IMG/VR virus record: IMGVR_UViG_3300044726_000065
Span: 1 to 42,969 of that record
Length of the DNA stretch: 42,969 bases
Direction: 5' to 3' (one strand)
From: a virus
Positions 40,557-42,969 of this stretch are shown here, piece by piece (positions within the stretch are counted from its first letter, which is position 1; every line of letters begins with the position of its first letter). Position numbers and translations under genes: made by a program. The notes under the pieces are model-generated. The model ran no database searches and was not told the DNA's origin. It saw nothing but the letters and a program-made list of their open reading frames with translations.

Positions 40557-42068
40557 TCAGGACAAGGTTTCTTTGGCATAGGAAACTCGTTCTTTGACAT
40601 TTTTTCCATTTGGCTTTCCGTTATCTCCATCTTTGCCGTTTCCGGTTGCATTTCCTGTACCATTGTCTTGGTTTAATGCGTTATCAACTTCTGTTGCCTG
40701 GTAATCACTCAAAGGCGTTCTATCTTGTTTAACCCATGCCTCATCAGCTTCAGGCTCCGGCCTTCCCTCCATGTTAATCATTTCCCTCTGTTCATTAGGT
40801 GTAATCATCATTATGCCGTTAGTAGCCTCAACTATCTCTTTAGCATTAGGCATTAACTCAGGGAAACAATCAGTTTCAAAATCACAGTAAATATTCTGAT
40901 CCTTAAACCCCCAGTCTGTCTGTAGTTTCCAGTTTAAAGCGTTTCTACGGCTTATTAAGAGCGGCATTACAGCCCCTAATATCAAAGCCTTCTGTGCTTC
41001 GATTACGTTGTTATAAGTCTTCTGTGTAAGCCCTAAAAGCTCAGGAGGGACATCGTAAGCATTACAAATCATTATCGCATCCCACTTCTCACTTTCTATT
41101 ATCCCTAATTCAACCGGAGTGGAACCTATCGGCATTCCCCCCATCTTAATACCGCTTATTGCAACCTTACCTTTATTCTCCGGCCCTGAATATTCCTCAT
41201 TCCATTTCGTCTTTACCGCCTTTGCCTGCTCCATTCCTTCCACCGGATCCAGTCTATCATCGTCCGTCCAAAGAATAAATTCAGCTCCACCGTTTTGAAA
41301 CTTAGCAGCCGAAGCATCAACCGCAGAATTGTTTCTGTTTAGTACTTTAAGAAATGGTTTCAAAGGTGAGAACCCGTATAACTGTTCACCGTTAATGTTC
41401 CAATTCGGGTTAACGTATTTTTCATGTAAGACTTCTTCCCTTGTGAATTGCTTCTGCCAAGTGTACAACTCGTAAGCTGTAGGTCTTGCAGGGAAATCGT
41501 TAGTGACTTTGATGTTTATTAGGTGAGCCGGTAAACTCCAAAGGGCATTTGGAACACCGGCATTTGCACCGCCTTTGAGCATTTCACCCCACTCAAAATA
41601 ATCACCTGTTAATAGTTTATAAAGGAAAAGCGACCTTTGATGATCGCTAAAAGTATCTTCACTATTTGCGTATTTAAGTAAACCTTTTAGTTTGGTAGCT
41701 TGTGAATTAAAAGAAGTTAACGGTTCAACCGCTTCAGCTTTTAACTGTAATGCCTTTTTAATGTCTTTATACGTTGCATCCTTGCGGGACATTAAACGCT
41801 GTGATTGCTTTAGTTTGGTTTCATCCACAACCTTATAAAGCCCCCATTCAGGTAAAATAGCCTTATTAAGAATCTTGTTTAAAACAGCGTAAACAATTGC
41901 ATTCTTATTATACCCTTCTTGGATGTAGTTCTGCTTATTGTCCGCAGGCGTAACTAATCTTCCGTTCTGAACAAGGTATTTTATAGCTGTATGAATAGCC
42001 GGATCTCTCTTTAGCTGAATCCGTTCAACTAACTCTTTGCCTAATATCCACTTTTGAAATAAGTTCAT
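40557..42068 (-). CDS. Portal protein
   Basis: 503-aa ORF between the terL and MuF-like genes, with a disordered Gly/Asn/Asp-rich C-terminus. Call based on size and synteny. Confidence 0.75.
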   Translation of the reverse strand: MNLFQKWILGKELVERIQLKRDPAIHTAIKYLVQNGRLVTPADNKQNYIQEGYNKNAIVYAVLNKILNKAILPEWGLYKVVDETKLKQSQRLMSRKDATYKDIKKALQLKAEAVEPLTSFNSQATKLKGLLKYANSEDTFSDHQRSLFLYKLLTGDYFEWGEMLKGGANAGVPNALWSLPAHLINIKVTNDFPARPTAYELYTWQKQFTREEVLHEKYVNPNWNINGEQLYGFSPLKPFLKVLNRNNSAVDASAAKFQNGGAEFILWTDDDRLDPVEGMEQAKAVKTKWNEEYSGPENKGKVAISGIKMGGMPIGSTPVELGIIESEKWDAIMICNAYDVPPELLGLTQKTYNNVIEAQKALILGAVMPLLISRRNALNWKLQTDWGFKDQNIYCDFETDCFPELMPNAKEIVEATNGIMMITPNEQREMINMEGRPEPEADEAWVKQDRTPLSDYQATEVDNALNQDNGTGNATGNGKDGDNGKPNGKNVKERVSYAKETLS

Positions 42069-42077
42069 TTAATTTAT

Positions 42078-42969
42078 TTAAGCGACTGCCACGATAAATT
42101 CACTTAATTGAAAATACATTCCCATGATTAACGTATCTAAATAGTCCGGTGACTTACCGTTTAACTGTTCCTTCATGTCATCCTTCCCTATTAATCTTTT
42201 CCTGCTTTCGTCACTATCCACATTCTTTGCTTTTAATACTCCCATTTCTTTAATTATCTGCTCCTTTTGAATAGGTGAACAAATGATCTTAATTTCCCTT
42301 TTGTTCACCTTCTCTGCTAACTTATAACCGCATTCAGCTTTAAGATTCGCAAATTCCTTCTTATGCATCGCTTGCGCCCCGCCGTGAAACTCTTTTATTC
42401 CTTTCAAGTAACTTTCCAGGTAAGCCCCCATTCCATCACTATCAACTATTGTGTGACTATGTGAAACCCCTTCAGAGGTCATTACCTGCTTAACATCGGT
42501 CTCAATACTTTTACCGTCTGATTTACCCTTATCAACTACAAACCGGCATACAAGGCCATCCCAAGCCGCTACAATGAACTTATCACGTCCTTGCATTGCT
42601 AAGTCTGAGCTAATCCTTTTCTTCCCTGTTCGTTCTACATGGTCATTTGTAAACATATCCATGATAGCGTCAAACTCACATAAAACACTTGGATCGTCTG
42701 AATAATCCCAGTTTCCCCGGTAAAGCCTTTCTTTCTCCGGCCCTTCAGGCATATTCTTTAAGCTCTCCAAACTTGACTTAGGATAATCCGGATTGTCCCA
42801 TGCAAAAGCCTGTACAAACTTCCTTCGATCTAACAACTCGTTTCTTTGGTGTGCCTTGTAGAACTCACTATAAGCCCAATTCTTTGTCGGGTTTGTAGTA
42901 TAGAGAATCTTAGGGATTAAGTTGTATTCGGTCAGTTTGTACCTTATCCTGACCTTTAGAATATCCTTT
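42078..42969 (-). CDS. terL: Terminase large subunit, C-terminal nuclease part (continues from 1..558 across the junction)
   Basis: The frame stays open through 42836 to the window end, where it enters the duplicated 127 bp. ...NWAYSEFYKAHQRNELLDRRKFVQAFAWDNP joins the two halves. Directly upstream of the portal gene. Confidence 0.85.
   Translation of the reverse strand, partial: KDILKVRIRYKLTEYNLIPKILYTTNPTKNWAYSEFYKAHQRNELLDRRKFVQAFAWDNPDYPKSSLESLKNMPEGPEKERLYRGNWDYSDDPSVLCEFDAIMDMFTNDHVERTGKKRISSDLAMQGRDKFIVAAWDGLVCRFVVDKGKSDGKSIETDVKQVMTSEGVSHSHTIVDSDGMGAYLESYLKGIKEFHGGAQAMHKKEFANLKAECGYKLAEKVNKREIKIICSPIQKEQIIKEMGVLKAKNVDSDESRKRLIGKDDMKEQLNGKSPDYLDTLIMGMYFQLSEFIVAVA
42843..42969. repeat. 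Terminal direct repeat, copy 2 (identical to 1..127)
   Basis: Exact 127-bp identity with the window start. Confidence 0.95.

Noticed and set aside
1-42969. CRISPR arrays, integrase/excisionase or a CI/Cro-type lysogeny module, and alternative genetic code
   Set aside because: No spaced direct-repeat array was seen. No tyrosine or serine recombinase motifs appear in any ORF. The switch-like region at 10.7-11.3 kb has no recognisable repressor. All long genes read through with the standard code, with no in-frame TAG/TGA pattern.

Overview
The window is a complete, assembly-closed circular genome of a tailed dsDNA phage. The first 127 bp are repeated exactly at the end, so the unit length is 42,842 bp, and the large terminase gene spans the junction. 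The host is probably a Bacteroidota bacterium. This is inferred from low GC, almost no Shine-Dalgarno sequences, A-rich leaders, TAnnTTTG -7 promoter boxes, many Sec/lipobox signal peptides and SSB-like DLPF tails.

Layout:
- Minus strand, about 42.8 kb down to 21.6 kb: terS, terL, portal, MuF-like head protein, HK97-type protease, HK97-fold capsid, connectors, major tail protein, chaperone, tape measure, baseplate/fibre genes, secreted proteins and lipoproteins, and a lysis cassette.
- Plus strand, 17.3-21.6 kb: a block of small early genes.
- Minus strand, 17.3 kb down to 1.3 kb: an early/accessory block.
- No integrase, CRISPR array or canonical tRNA was seen.

Most unusual observations:
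1. The MuF-like head morphogenesis gene carries a 271-aa intein. The intein's central region has no recognisable in-frame endonuclease domain. It is instead fully overlapped on the opposite strand by a 233-aa ORF with an HTH plus Vsr/DUF559-like PD-(D/E)XK nuclease signature.
2. A circularly permuted (two-piece type) tmRNA-like gene sits inside the lysis cassette, with its own Bacteroidota-type promoter and intrinsic terminator.
3. A 6.5-kb sugar-modification island encodes GT11 fucosyltransferase, GT47 exostosin-like, GT2 and GT-A-like enzymes plus three methyltransferases. It lacks precursor synthesis or export genes and is interleaved with HNH homing endonucleases.
4. Two adjacent early proteins both end in an SSB-tip-like DLPF motif.
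5. A 1.9-kb accessory cassette is bracketed by 25-bp inverted repeats.

All functional calls come from motif recognition by eye. No database search was run.
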